From Lepidodermella squamata (taxonomy: Eukaryota > Animalia > Gastrotricha), in NCBI GenBank assembly GCA_047495785.1, contig JBLDXI010000009.1, positions 2,852,001-2,916,000 on the forward strand: a DNA stretch of 64,000 bases, written 5' to 3'. A model generated the notes under the pieces. The model saw nothing but the letters and a program-made list of their open reading frames with translations, ran no database searches and was not told where the DNA came from. Shown here in pieces: positions 1 to 12,526 of this stretch; position 1 is the stretch's first letter; every line of letters starts with the position of its first letter. The translations under genes and the position numbers were made by a program.

Positions 1-1028
1 AACCCCCCAAAAGTAGGTATTTTCGGAAGGTCAAACATTCATTCTACTCAATTTTTTCTCCAAATGTTTTGCACCATCGTATTCAGCGTAACAAGTTGTA
101 ACATGCAACATATGTCGGAATCACGGTGGTTTTCTTCCGTTTCTTGGAATGGAAACGTTCCTCGCCTGATGGAGTGTCCCATCGATTCCATGTTTGGTAC
201 AAATGCGGCCCCCGGGATAGGCTTTCTAGCAAAACAAACCTCGTCCCACTCGGATTCTCCATCGGTTAGCCCTGGGTTGAAAATAATAGTTTTGGCTGAT
301 TTTATCAGTTTTTCGAGCCAACTTGGCGCCGAACTCTTATCGCCCGCGTTTCTGTATAATTACTTCCATTTAATCATGCCTATATTGAGCTGGCCCAGTG
401 GCTAGGTTACTTCGCATTCACACTGAAATTAAATCTTCATTTTGACACAAAAGAAGTCCAAACCACTTTGGGAAATAACAAAAACCAGAATTCTTTCAGT
501 ATACATGGCTCCTAGAAAAGGAATTAAAAGTAAAAAAAAATTTAAAAAAAAATAAAATAAAAACACTCACCGGGATGCCGGTCAACCCGCACCTCCTCGT
601 TCCGACTCAATGCGGACCAACATTGCCATCCGGCTCGTGCCATTACTCTATGCCTTAAACGCGCATTAAGCTGTGTCGGTATTATCGAATTTCCACCGTC
701 ACACGTAGTTTTTTTCGATCGATCGCGAAGGTGAAAACCTATGAATAATTCAGTCATTTTATTTACTGTCCTTCACAGGTTGCCTCTTGGGTAACGAAAA
801 AATAGAAAATTAAGAGAAAATAAGGACCGAGGCAAAAATCCAAAGAAATCTATTCAAAATACCGATAATTACCGAACCATTTCAATCGGTTTTATCCGGT
901 TTTATTCTGAAAAATTGAAAATTGGTTTCTGAGGAGCCTTAAATTAAAGTTTGCTAACTTATGAAAATTAAAATTTTCCAAGCAAATTTTCACATTTTTA
1001 AAATAAATTGTCTGTCATTTTTTTTCAG

Positions 1029-4000
1029 ATTTTCACACGCATGATTTTGTCGATTCCGATGTGAAGCCCGATACCGAGTACGCATACGCCATTGAAGCTT
1101 GCACCACAGTCGGCTGCAACATGAGCAGGTGGCGCCATGTAAAGACCCTCGCCCCGCCCCCGGACATGTACTCAGCCCCCTCTGTTTCTAACGTCAACTC
1201 AACCTCAGCAACAATCCACTGGGTTAAACCAGTTTCGAACCGGGCTACAACCTCTCTGGGCAGTGGGCATTTCCTGAGAAGCGCGGCGACGGGTGACGTG
1301 ATCGGTTATCGCATCGCTGTGAATGGGACGGAATATCCGAAATTAATACCGGCCGAAGAGACATTTTACGTACTGAACGAACTAAGACCGTTCCATTTCT
1401 ACTCAGTCGCTATAGCGGCTTGCGTGAATAAACCGTCATGGGACTCGAACCGCGACGACCCGGACGAAGATCTCGAGCAATTTTTCAAGGAAAATTTCGA
1501 CCAATCCGGCAATCACACTGTTGTTCTATCGAAAGTTCAAGAAATCGTCTCGAGTCGAAGCGGGGCTCTATGCGGGGCCTACTCCCGGCCGGCTACTATT
1601 CAAACGGAAGAGGCCCTACCGAAAAATCTAGCCCCGCCCAGGCCTGTTGCGATCAGTTCGTCCGCGATTGATATTCAATGGCGGGAGCCTGAGGAAACGA
1701 ACGGTTTCATCCTAGAGTACGTTCTCTACCGGAATAACTCGGCGATTTCCTACTGCGATTCCTGCTTCAGTTACATCGATTACGATTTGGAGCCTGCTAC
1801 GGCGTATTCTTACCATCTAACCGCGAGAAATAGCATTGGAACAATTACATCGAGTGAGGCGAATGTGACTACGTTTTTCTCATCGCCGGACGGAATGCCG
1901 CCGCCTAAGGTTAAATCGCTAAGCCCCACCACGGTTCTGGCTACGTGGGAGAAGCCGGTAAAACCGAATGGGGATATCAAAAATTACACGATTTACCTAA
2001 ATTCCACCGAAATCGGGTACACCGGGTTGGAACATCACGCTTATATCACGAATTTAGAACCGGCTACTACCTACGATTTTTGCGTTGAGGTTTGCACCCA
2101 GGTCGGGTGTAAGCGAAGCGCCCAGTCGCAGCTGAAAACCCTGGCCGCACCCCCGCAGGGCATGGACCCGCCTAGTTTAATCGCCCTGGCCGACGGGGCT
2201 GGCCAGCACAGCGGCGTTCGAATTTCGTGGTCCCCGCCTCGCCACCTTAACGGAGATTTGAAGGAGTACCACTTAGAGCGGCGAAAATTGTCAGAGCAGC
2301 GGCTTAGATCCGGGGAAATGCAAACTGTAGTCGGCCCCCCGGTTTTGGTATACAACGGGACTAACATGTTGTACCTAGACCAGGCAGCACCCGGGTCGTT
2401 GGACGCGTTTTCGATCTACGAGTACAGGGTGACTGCAGTCAACTCAGCGGGCCGAGCTTCGTCCGAATGGCAGTACGGCCGCGTTCAAACCGAACAAGGC
2501 GTGCCGGACCTGGTTAAACAGCCCGTGGTTATCTCAGTCACGGCGACCTCAGCCGTAGTCAAAATCTTACCACCCGAACGCTTGAACGGTTACGTAACCG
2601 AATATCGGTTATTTTTGAATGGAATTATCGCGGAGCAACGGAATTCCCCCACCGATGTTTTGCTGACTAACCTAAAACCAGCCTCAGCCTATTTGATTCA
2701 TATCGAGGTTTGTACCGTGGTAGGGTGTGCGTCGAGCCCGCCGTCCGGGTTGAAAACCCCGGACGCTGCCCCGTCGAATCTTCGCCCGCCAATTGTCGAT
2801 GTTCACAATTTGACGTATATCGTCATAAGTTGGGAATTACCGGGTTTACCGAACGGTAATATTACCAGTCATACCGTTGTGTTGTCCACGAATTGCAAAC
2901 CGCCTAAGGTTGAGCAGGAGGACTCGGAAAATAATAGATTCCGGCAGCCGTTATCGCCGTTATGCCGGCCTTACTCGAAAACAGTTGCGGTTGTTACGAA
3001 CCCGGACGAGGCGCTGGAGACGGCTTTAACCGATTTGTTGCCATTCACTCGTTATACGACCGTGGTTAGGATGGTTAACACCTATGGCTATACCGCGACT
3101 AGTCCTAATGTCAGTTTTGTGACTCCTCCGAGTGAACCGAAGTTTTTGAAGCCGCCGTATGTTATTGAAGACCCGCATGGTGGCAAGATTCGAATTGCTT
3201 GGAATGATTCGTTTTCGTTGAATTCGCCACTTCAACATTTCACGCTGTCGATCAACGATCAACCGGCTTATGAAGGAACTGGGCTGTCGACAACTGTTTT
3301 CATGGAAAAAGACGTAGCTGGTAAATTTAAATTTAATTTGAAATTGATCAAAAAATTTTTCATAAATTCAATTTTTTCAGAAAATTTAGCATAATTTCAA
3401 TTTTGTTTTATTTTTCCTAGCCTTCTCAATGTCGATAACAGCTGTTACTGAAAATGGAATCGCCGAGTCTCCTACGGTAGATTTCAAGGTCGCTTCAAGT
3501 AAGTTGAAATCTTTAAATTTTTCTGGGATTATAACAAATGCTCAGAAATTTCAAAAAAATTGGTAGACTAAAAATAGGTTTTCGTATGATCTCAATTTTC
3601 TATTATCTTGCCTAACGATAGATCTCATTATTACGCGTATTTTGCGCTGTCGTCGATTAGTTTACGAGCTATAGTTCGGCCTGCAGAGCCGATATCGATT
3701 CCATTATCGATTTTACAAATCATTGATTTTTCCGATCTCAGAAGTCTTGGATGCCAAAATTAAAAATTTTCTACATACCTTGGGGTTGAGGGTACCATCT
3801 AAATTGAAAAATGGGTGCTTTCATACATATTTTTTTCATTAAATTTAAGCTGAAAACATTAGGGAAATGCCAGATGACTAGTTTTCGGTTTATGAAAAAG
3901 AAAAACGGGGTTCCGAAGGCGAAGTCAATTTTTTCCGCATGAAAATGGTTATTGGGGAAGTGCAAGGGCCCAAAAATCGAGCTTCGTAGAAACCCGAAAC

Positions 4001-5476
4001 TCGAAATTTCATAACCCTAACCTTAATCCTGAACCCCAACCAAACCCTAAACCTAACCCTAACCCGAACCCGAACCCTGGCACCTAACCCTAACCCCTAA
4101 CCCCAATTCCTAATCACAGTTTGGCTGAAAAACACAATTTTATGAAAAAAAATATGTATGAAAGTTAATTTTGTCATACATAAATATGTATGAAAGTTTT
4201 CGTTGAAAAATTTCAGGGTCCTCAGGGTATCAATATCGGTCAAAAAAGCCGAAATCTCAAAGAATTGAAAATATTTAAATTTAGTATGAGAACTTCAATT
4301 TTAGTACTGCAACATGTTTAGACCCGGCAAAAAGACTTGAGTGCATTTTAATTTGATAATTGATTTTTGTATTAATTTTTTAAATTTAAAATTAAATTAA
4401 ATTTTTTAATGACAACAGAGCAGCGATATGCTTTTTTTGTCGTTTCGCTATGATTTCGTATCATCTATAGCTGCTCTTTTCATTGCACATTATTTTGCTT
4501 TATTTCAGACGATAAAAATGCTAATATTTTCTCATTGTTTTTAGAGCGGAAAGATCTGTCCCTTGTTTCGGATCAATATAACACCACGATGAAAGTATCA
4601 CTGATGAGTGAAGCGAATATGGGCATTTTCGAGCGACCTTGGTTCGTAATTGCAATCTCGATAATCGGCCTATTCTGCGGCGCCGGGCTCCTGGTCTGCG
4701 CCTGTCGTCGGTGCTGCGTCGAATCCGAGAAAAAACGCCGGTTACTAGCCGAAGCCGAACAGCTAGCAATCACAGCCTCACCCACAACGCCCGCATTCAA
4801 CACCAACACAAATCAGCGAAGCATGAAAAAAGGCGACGATTTAGCCAGCCAATTTTCAACAACGGCCCGTAGTAGTAAGTACGTGCGGCAACGGGCGCCG
4901 TTAATTACCGAAAGCCGGCCGCATTCGATCTCGAGTTCAAAGCGAGCGGCGACGAAAAAACGCCCGCCCAAGCCACCGCCGACTCAAAATTCGGATGATG
5001 TGACTAAACAATTTTTTTCACTACCGCACAACAGGCATGATGCCGCGATTTTGTCGCCTGGTTGCTTGTCGGAGGGCGTGGCGCAGGGTGACCAGAGTAG
5101 ACCTATTATTGTGCCCCCCGCCGGGGTGATTTTAGAACACGAAGCCCCGTCGCCACCACCCTCGATCGCTTCGTTGCACATCGAAGTTTCCGGGCCAACT
5201 GCGACGGGGGTCAATTACGGCGCGGCGCCGTTCCAGTTCGATGACTCACCGTGCGGCCTTGACTACGTCAATGACCGCCAAAAGGCGGCGACGTTGAAGA
5301 AAAAATCGCGAAAATCTGACGATTCTGCATCGATAAGCAGTGATAAATTTTTCCAGATTTGGGCGACTTCTTCGACGAATTTCGGCGCTGGGCATGCGGC
5401 TAGTAAAGGTTTCGTAAATATTGTTTCCTCCGATGACGAAGACGATGACGGCGCTTATGAAATGCCGCTGAGATGA
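1029..5476 (+). CDS. USH2A: Usherin-like fibronectin type III repeat single-pass membrane protein, 3' part (5' exons lie outside the window)
   Basis: Exons 1029-3320, 3421-3498 and 4509(or 4545)-5476 join in frame through phase-1 GT-AG introns. Tandem FN3 repeats carry usherin-type (A/V)CTxxGC motifs (ACTTVGC, VCTQVGC, VCTVVGC). TM segment FERPWFVIAISIIGLFCGAGLLVC is followed by a low-complexity cytoplasmic tail. Confidence 0.8.
3575..3760 (+). repeat. Degenerate dispersed repeat, copy 1
   Basis: ATCTCAATTTTCTATTATCTTGCCTAACGATAGATCTCATTATTACGCGT...TGCAGAGCCGA...GTCTTGGA aligns by eye to the reverse complement of about 41030-41200. Boundaries are approximate. Confidence 0.55.
4012..4115 (+). 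repeat. Degenerate telomere-like (CCCTAA)n tract inside an intronic inverted-repeat element
   Basis: taaccctaaccttaatcctgaaccccaaccaaaccctaaacctaaccctaacccgaacccgaaccc... The tract is flanked by inverted CTTTCATACATATTTTTTTCAT (3818-3839) and ATGAAAAAAAATATGTATGAAAG (4142-4164). Confidence 0.75.
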
Positions 5477-6225
5477 AATCTCAAATTATAATAAAAAAAC
5501 ACTTTTTTTTTTAATTTTCACTTGAAAAGTGCTGCTCACTCTCTGTGATTTTTTTACCACCTTTTTGCATGCCATAATTTATAACCCTAAATTTTGAAAT
5601 GATCTTCCTTAATATATAAAATCGATCTCGATTATTGTTTTATTGTGATATAAATGTCTAGTCTGCGTAATGGTGCCTGAGATATTATTATTAATAAATT
5701 AATTAAAATTGGAAAATAAAAATTTGCTTTTCAAAAATGTGTTGCTTTTATTACTCGGCTATTTCGGGTTTGTACCTTGCGCAAAGTCGGCTATCGCATG
5801 ACCAAGTTTTCAGCTCTAATTATAGCTCTTCATTGAAAGCTCGCAAGCCAATCGATTAATTGGGCTGAAGAGTCACCTGGAAGCGCCACCATAAAAGAAG
5901 AGATGAGCTGGATCAGGGAACGCTATTGCTAATAGCCATTGAGTAACGTGGTGCTTTTTCAGCTAATATCTATTACTATAGAGGATTTCGCGTTCGCAGA
6001 AAATTCGAAAGAGACGTGAATTTTTTAACGAGGTCCCACTTGCTGATATTTTGCTATGCCTACGTACTTTTAGTGTGAACATTTATATTTTCGAGAAAAT
6101 GTAATGGGAGCTTCGAATGCGGCGTCCTATATAGTACGTCTCATGACCTCAACTGCAAAAATATTGAACCGAGTCCACATTATGAAGGATCAAAAAAATT
6201 GAGTATTGGCGGCAAGACGAAGGCG

Positions 6226-6603
6226 TTATTTATTCGAAATTCCTGAATGTTTTACAGAAAAATGCAACTCAGCTCGACGACGATTTTGTGTTGCTGATGA
6301 GTCGATAGGTGACATGGAGGAATGCACGTCCACGTCGCAAATGCACCACCGCCACTGTTGTAGCATAGCTTCGTTGAGCTCGCAATTTCGGTCGATCAAA
6401 GAAGGGCGATATCTGCACATCAATTTAATGTGACAAATTGCTGCTGGGCAATGTTCCGTGATTAAATCAGACTCTTCTTCGACAAAAAGACGAGCCGGCC
6501 AGTTTCCAGCCAGCCTTGCAAAGCAGGGAATGACGCTTGGAAGAAAGAAAAAGCACGGTAGGAAAAAGAAGGACATTTTTGCTAGTTTTCCAAAGAGTGG
6601 CAT
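6226..6603 (-). CDS. Small secreted cysteine-rich protein, family member 1
   Basis: Hydrophobic N-terminus, then C...C-x4-C-x5-C-x10-C-x12-CxC. Shares GNWPAR and WRWCxCD with 10235-10615 and 8583-8948. The start may be the second ATG at 6576. Confidence 0.8.
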   Translation of the reverse strand: MPLFGKLAKMSFFFLPCFFFLPSVIPCFARLAGNWPARLFVEEESDLITEHCPAAICHIKLMCRYRPSLIDRNCELNEAMLQQWRWCICDVDVHSSMSPIDSSATQNRRRAELHFSVKHSGISNK

Positions 6604-7018
6604 GATTAAGCTGGAATTTTTGAATTTTATGATTTGCTCATATGATTATTTTACGCTAGTGAGGTCGTCGCCGGTCACACGAGCATGAACACATCCCAGA
6701 CACACCCTGGTTCAGGATAGGGTGTCTTCACGAATTTATACTCAACGTAAATAACGCACAAAATTTTTTGGTTCGATTCGTTTCACAGATCACCTGACTT
6801 GTACTTATTTTCGCGCTCGAGTTAGCCGTCAACAAGTCTTGTTTATACCCACTGTCCATTCGGCCTGATATCAGATTCTAGCTGGGCATGTCCCCGTCCG
6901 CTTTTATATTCACTCAAACAGAAATCGAAGAGCGTGGAACGAGGTCAAGACATTTTTTATTACACCCGCTATTAAAATTTATTCACATGACAATTTTAAA
7001 GCAGATGAGAGTTGTTTT

Positions 7019-7321
7019 TCACTCATTAACAGGTGAAACTGCGTTATTATAATTGTTTTCGTCGTATTCTTGGTCCGTTTCGATTACTTCGATTTGGCTC
7101 GGATTGAACTTGCGGCACACGCACCAGATATCGAACCCAGCCAGAAATGACCTGTTCAACTTACAGAGATGCTGATCGGTTGGTTCAAGATCAGGCGCAC
7201 TGCATAGCCGGCGAAGTTCGCAAATCCGTCTATCGCATTGGCGTGGTGTTGATTTTGGCGTTATCCAACAGGCGTGAGCAAGATTGAGGAAAAGAAGCGC
7301 AGTAAAAGTTAAGACTATCAT
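7019..7321 (-). CDS. Small secreted cysteine-rich protein, family member 2
   Basis: Signal peptide MIVLTFTALLFLNLAHA|C, then C-x4-C-x5-C-x12-C-x13-CxC and an acidic tail. Confidence 0.8.
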   Translation of the reverse strand: MIVLTFTALLFLNLAHACWITPKSTPRQCDRRICELRRLCSAPDLEPTDQHLCKLNRSFLAGFDIWCVCRKFNPSQIEVIETDQEYDENNYNNAVSPVNE

Positions 7322-8582
7322 TTTTTTAAATTCCTTTAAAACGCTCTTTTGAATGCAATGTCTCCTTGCCAGCTTCAGGTTTCAGAGCTATGAAATCGGA
7401 TAGCAGCAATTATAGCAGACATGGTGATGTTATTTCTTGATAGCTCTTTGCGGCGCCTTTAAATGAATGACTTTTGATCGCGTTTTTTAAGCGTAGTAAA
7501 CATAGCACTAAAGAATGCAACAAGCTTGATTCAATTACATCAGAGTTTGTTGATGGCGTATTGCCGCTAGAGTGACTAATTAGTTGAAATGTCTAATAAG
7601 ATGCGATGCCAAGACTTGAACGTGGAAAACAGCGATCTTACTCGCCGGTTTTTTGAACAACAAAATGGGACTAAAAATATGTCTATGACGCACTTGAAGA
7701 CGTCAATATGACGAAAATCGACGCTTCATTATAGCAACGGTTGCCAGGTAAAATTTCTAAATTCCAGCCATTGCGTCGTAGGAAAAAGGAGTGTGACCTT
7801 TTTCATCAGACAAATGTCTTCATCCGAAAACCTAAAATGCTATTCTTAAAACATACGGAAATGTTCATTTCAATCACTTAAGATAAGACCTAGGGCTAGA
7901 ATAAGTGACATGCCCTTCTATAGTCCTAAAAGCTCGCTTTGAAAAAGAAATTATTATTTTTACTATATCATCCAGATATAATTTTTACTCGAGATCAAGT
8001 TTCACTGAGCCGCGTAGCAAATCAAGAGGGGACACAATGACCGTGGAGCGGTAATTAATTCGGCAAATGGTAATTTACTTTGGGAATATTCTTGGGCTAG
8101 AAAAACTTCTTAAAATGAAGCTTTCGAACAGTATGGATTCCTTTTTTACGTTACAGGTCGTCATTTTGAAGTCCCGATTCTGCTCACTCGTGGGTTTGCC
8201 GCAGAAAATGCCTGGTTCTGGAATCGAACAGGGCTGCGGCTCGAATCAAAATAACTGAATTTTCAGTTTCCTAGGCTTGGCAATTGGGCAGGGATGATCG
8301 GCAAAGTTTGACTTCAGGCTAATGTCAGTTATTCCAAGTCACATTTCTGGTTGCCAAGGACATTGGTCAATTGGAACAAGTTTTTTTGGAAAAGGTTGCA
8401 CGAGAAATCCTGAGCTGTATTGAGAACTTTTCTTACGAGAAATATTTCTGATAACTATAAAATGGAGTCGGACTTTCCGCAGTTTTAAAGGATTCTGGAG
8501 CTTTCTTTTATTGAATTGTTCATAAAAATATAAATAACCACTTTTTACAATAAATATTGATTGACACGTCAGCTTTATACAT

Positions 8583-8948
8583 TTATTGCAGCCCATTTTC
8601 GAACAATATTTTTCGCGGTTTCCAAGCTTCCAATTGCCGTAGTAGCTCAGTAGACGGTTGGACAACTACATCACAAATGCACCAACGCCACCGGTCGAGC
8701 AGATCTTGATTAGCGCTGCAAAGTTGCTCCATTTCGTCGATAAGTTGGCGATTTTTCGTTGAGGCCTGGTACCGGCATTGCAGCTTGATCTCACATATTG
8801 TATTAGGACATTTTTCGACCTCTGACAATGATACTTTATCGCCCCACAGTGGCACCTGGATGCCGCCGTTGAGCTTCAATCTACAACCAACATTTTCATC
8901 GAACATAGATACAACTACAAGCAGAGGAAGAAACCCACAAACTTTCAT
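8583..8948 (-). CDS. Small secreted cysteine-rich protein, family member 3
   Basis: Signal-like N-terminus ending NVG|C, then CPNTICEIKLQCRY...C-x12-CICD. Confidence 0.8.
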   Translation of the reverse strand: MKVCGFLPLLVVVSMFDENVGCRLKLNGGIQVPLWGDKVSLSEVEKCPNTICEIKLQCRYQASTKNRQLIDEMEQLCSANQDLLDRWRWCICDVVVQPSTELLRQLEAWKPRKILFENGLQ

Positions 8949-10234
8949 GGTGTAATAATTTTTGCTCCAAGAGTAAATGAAATGCGGGTGCTAGTTTCAC
9001 AGATAAAACTAGGAGATTAAGTAGCAAGCCGTGGCAATTTTCGTCATGCATCAATGACATCTCTTCGTTCCGCGAGCTGAAAATAAGAGTAAATTCCTCA
9101 CCTTGGCCAATTAACTAAACAGACATACAAATTTGAGATTTACAACCTTAATAATCAGTTGGCACGTTAAACCAAAACATTTGGACATCAAAAAGTATAA
9201 TATAGCGTTATTATCATTATTACCCTGACTGGTAATGAGTTGACAATTATCGGGACATTATGTCCGCAAAGACGTCTATATAAAAATGAAGTACTTATTA
9301 ATTTGACACGTGTTTTATTTTTGTTGCTACACATGAACGATTTTTCATCCCCCATCCCACATATAACCATCCATGTGAATGAAAATTAGCGGAGTGGACC
9401 TTTCAATTATCTCTGTTTTCATAGCATCATCATAATTTAAAGTCATGTGGCTCACAGGATTCGAGGTAATTTTTTGAGTTTTTGGGTAGCAGAACACCCA
9501 ACAACAACTCCCAGCCAGATCTAGACTACTCGATGTATTTCAAAATGTAGAGCAACTTAGCAAAAGTCCTAGATGTTTCCCCTTGAGTGACCACGTCTCC
9601 ATCGGGACAGCGGTGAGTTAGAACCCTGTCCGTCCTCGCTTGGCGTACTGCTTGTCCTAATTACACCCTGAAAACTTCTCATCGAAACGATGACATTTTG
9701 GATTACTGCTCAGCAGTATAATATTTTTCAGTTCAATGCAGTCCACATTATTTCACCCATCTATGCAATTGCTGATAAAATGCGGGCTGAGGTCGTTAAA
9801 GAATCACTAGCCGCCTGGGTACAAGGCTATCTATTTCGCCGTTCCAAATTCAATTCGACTATGGGTGATTTTTGTAATCAGAAGCTCCGAAACCCCGAAA
9901 TCACCCTTCTGTAGCTCCTTGCCTCAGATTAAAGAAATAAATCCTTCTTATATGAAATAAGCTAGGAATGTCCAGGCTGAAAATATTTTATTTTATAGAT
10001 CACGGCTGCGTCCCTTTTGAAGGTTTTGACTGAAAATCACCGAGAATTGCTACGTTATTTCTTTGAATTTTTCATCAAGTGCGAAAACTCAGAAAATTCA
10101 GAAAATTAGTTTCAACCGCATTGGGCATGCAGGCTATCGAAAAATATCCAATTTTTCATATCGCTTATTTATTTCTCAGTGATCGACATTTGAAATTGCG
10201 GAAAATCGATGAAAACAGAAGCTTTAATACCAAA

Positions 10235-10615
10235 TTAATTCAAATTTCTCTTGGAATGATGAAGCATAGCTCGATCGCTGAGTTTCTTCTGCACTTCCGG
10301 CTCGCTCTCAGCGTCTAGCTTCGAAAAAATCGAGTCCACTGAAACGTCGCAAACACGCCACCGCCATTGCTCAATCAATTCGCTGTTAAGATTGCAGTTC
10401 TGATCGATTAGTCCAGCAGTATGGCCAGATCGAATCGACGGGCGGTATCTGCAGAGCAGTTTTATACTGCAAATAGCAGGCGGGCATCGTTCTGTAATCT
10501 GCGGCTCATCTTCTTCGACGAACATTCGAGCCGGCCAGTTGCCCAATTTTGTATTGCAAGCTTCCAAAACAGTAATACTGATTATCGCAAAATTAAGAAC
10601 GATCGAATTCAGCAT
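10235..10615 (-). CDS. Small secreted cysteine-rich protein, family member 4 (one Cys replaced by Arg)
   Basis: Signal peptide ending VLEA|C, then CPPAICSIKLLCRYRPS...WRWRVCD. Close paralog of 6226-6603. Confidence 0.8.
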   Translation of the reverse strand: MLNSIVLNFAIISITVLEACNTKLGNWPARMFVEEDEPQITERCPPAICSIKLLCRYRPSIRSGHTAGLIDQNCNLNSELIEQWRWRVCDVSVDSIFSKLDAESEPEVQKKLSDRAMLHHSKRNLN

Positions 10616-11521
10616 GTTTATTCTGAATAAATCGGTAAGTTATATGAGAAATAGACGACAAATGTAGCATGGTATTTATAGGCGACGTGTGGGTCTTGCA
10701 CTGTCAGAAAATTTATCGCAACTCATGTGCCGGATCATTGACTTCGCACTAGCACAACACGACCTTGCTAGTTGTGAAAGATCGAATAAGCGGACTCGTG
10801 ACACGCATGAAGGCACTACTGATAGCCACGACACCTTGCTAATACCCTCGATAGACTATAAAACGCATTTGCACCTCCCATTTGATGGGATTAATTTAGA
10901 TTGGATCATCAGGCGTGTCTAAATGCAGACGCGGTAATTTGCCTAAATGACAGAAGTTGCTGATTTAATCAACGTTTTTGGGTTCGATTAATCAACGTCA
11001 TTTGTATTGAAAGAGTCGCTCAATTGCATGCTTGATCATAACATCTGCTTAGGTGTCTCAATTGAATCACCCGAGCGATAATGTCATCCGATCGCATTCT
11101 AAAAATATAGCTAAACTTTCCAGCTCCACCTTTCTGCTTTTGTGCGTTTTTATGAAGATGTGGCAGTTAATTATCCACGGTTGCCAAGTTTTATTATTTA
11201 TGAACATTTTATCAAAAAAATCAAAGGTGCGATCGTAACGTCAAACTGTCCGTTGAAATAACATGAAAGGCAAGGTACAAGAAAAACGTTTTTCTTGCCA
11301 GAGATGATATTAGAATAGTCAAGTGACGTGACTGGCGAATTGTAATAACTTGTCTATTCGATTGATTTTGTTGATGAAAGTTCGAAGTCAAGAAATATCG
11401 ATGTCCACATTTTATACTGGCGCGAAAGCAAGTGAATTGTCTCAACCTAATGGATGCTGGATCATTATCTCGTACCGTTATTAATCGATCGAGAACTTGG
11501 CATCTTTCCACTCTCGTATTA

Positions 11522-12440
11522 CAGTGGGTTACCATAATGTTTCGTACACCCCACAAAAACCGTGTTTTTCATCCCCAATGAAATCTCTTCAGCCTATATC
11601 AATGAGGCACATAAATTATTACTAATAATTTTGTTATGAGCAGTTTGAGCTCAAGAACTCGGCAATCGGAGTGAAGGATAGGTCAGGGCATCTATCGATT
11701 CGTCAACCGATTGACGCTGATTTCAGGTATTGATTGATGAAATATTAGCGAATATTAGGATGATCCTGAATTTCCAGAGCAGCAAAGCTCATGCCTTCTA
11801 ATTAAACAGACATCGCTGATTAATAATCCGAAAGCAGAATTCGAATACGAATTTCGACTGCAAAGTTATCGGGTGATTTCTGATTTATCGATTGATTGAG
11901 CTTTACGATATTGGCAAAATCAGTGAATATTTCAGAGGAGGAATTGTATATTCGCACAGATTTTGAACTGCTTGGTTATTTCAAGGTCCTAGAAGCTCAT
12001 TAGTAACTCTTCCTCAGGAAAATGTCATCATTAGGGCCATATCGATCAGTTATCGGTAAATTAACGGAATCGATATATCAGAAATAACCCGATAACTTTG
12101 CAGTCGAAATTCGTATTCGAATTCTGCTTTCAGATTATTAATCAGCGATGTCTGTTTAATTAGAAAGGCATGAGCTTTGCTGCTCTGGAAATTCAGGATC
12201 ATCCTAATATTCGCTAATATTTCATCAATCAATACCTGAAATCAGTGTCAATCGGTTGACGAATCGATAGATGCCCTGACCTATCCTTCACTCCGATTGC
12301 CGAGTTCTTGAGCTCAAACTGCTCATAACAAAATTATTAGTAATAATTTATGTGCCTCATTGATATAGGCTGAAGAGATTTCATTGGGGATGAAAAACAC
12401 GGTTTTTGTGGGGTGTACGAAACATTATGGTCACCCAGTG
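11522..12440. mobile_element. Non-autonomous Tc1/mariner-type foldback element with about 372-bp TIRs
   Basis: 11522-11893 is a near-perfect reverse complement of 12068-12440. The left end starts CAGTG, TA flanks both sides (11520-11521 and 12441-12442), and there is no transposase. Confidence 0.9.
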
Positions 12441-12526
12441 TATATATATTCGATATATGTTAGTTGGAAGTTGGAAGTTGTTCGACGCGATTTCTATAGG
12501 CCATGATCTATCTTGATCATACTTGA

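Noticed and set aside
1-1028. ORFs 64-405 and 542-757, and an open minus-strand frame at about 50-360
   Set aside because: No motifs or convincing gene structure; treated as intron of the usherin-like gene.
4012-4115. True telomere or chromosome fusion site
   Set aside because: The tract is short, degenerate, single-orientation and inside an intron of an intact gene.
12050-12232. ORF within the foldback element as a transposase remnant
   Set aside because: No DDE or HTH motif, and it lies within the TIR.
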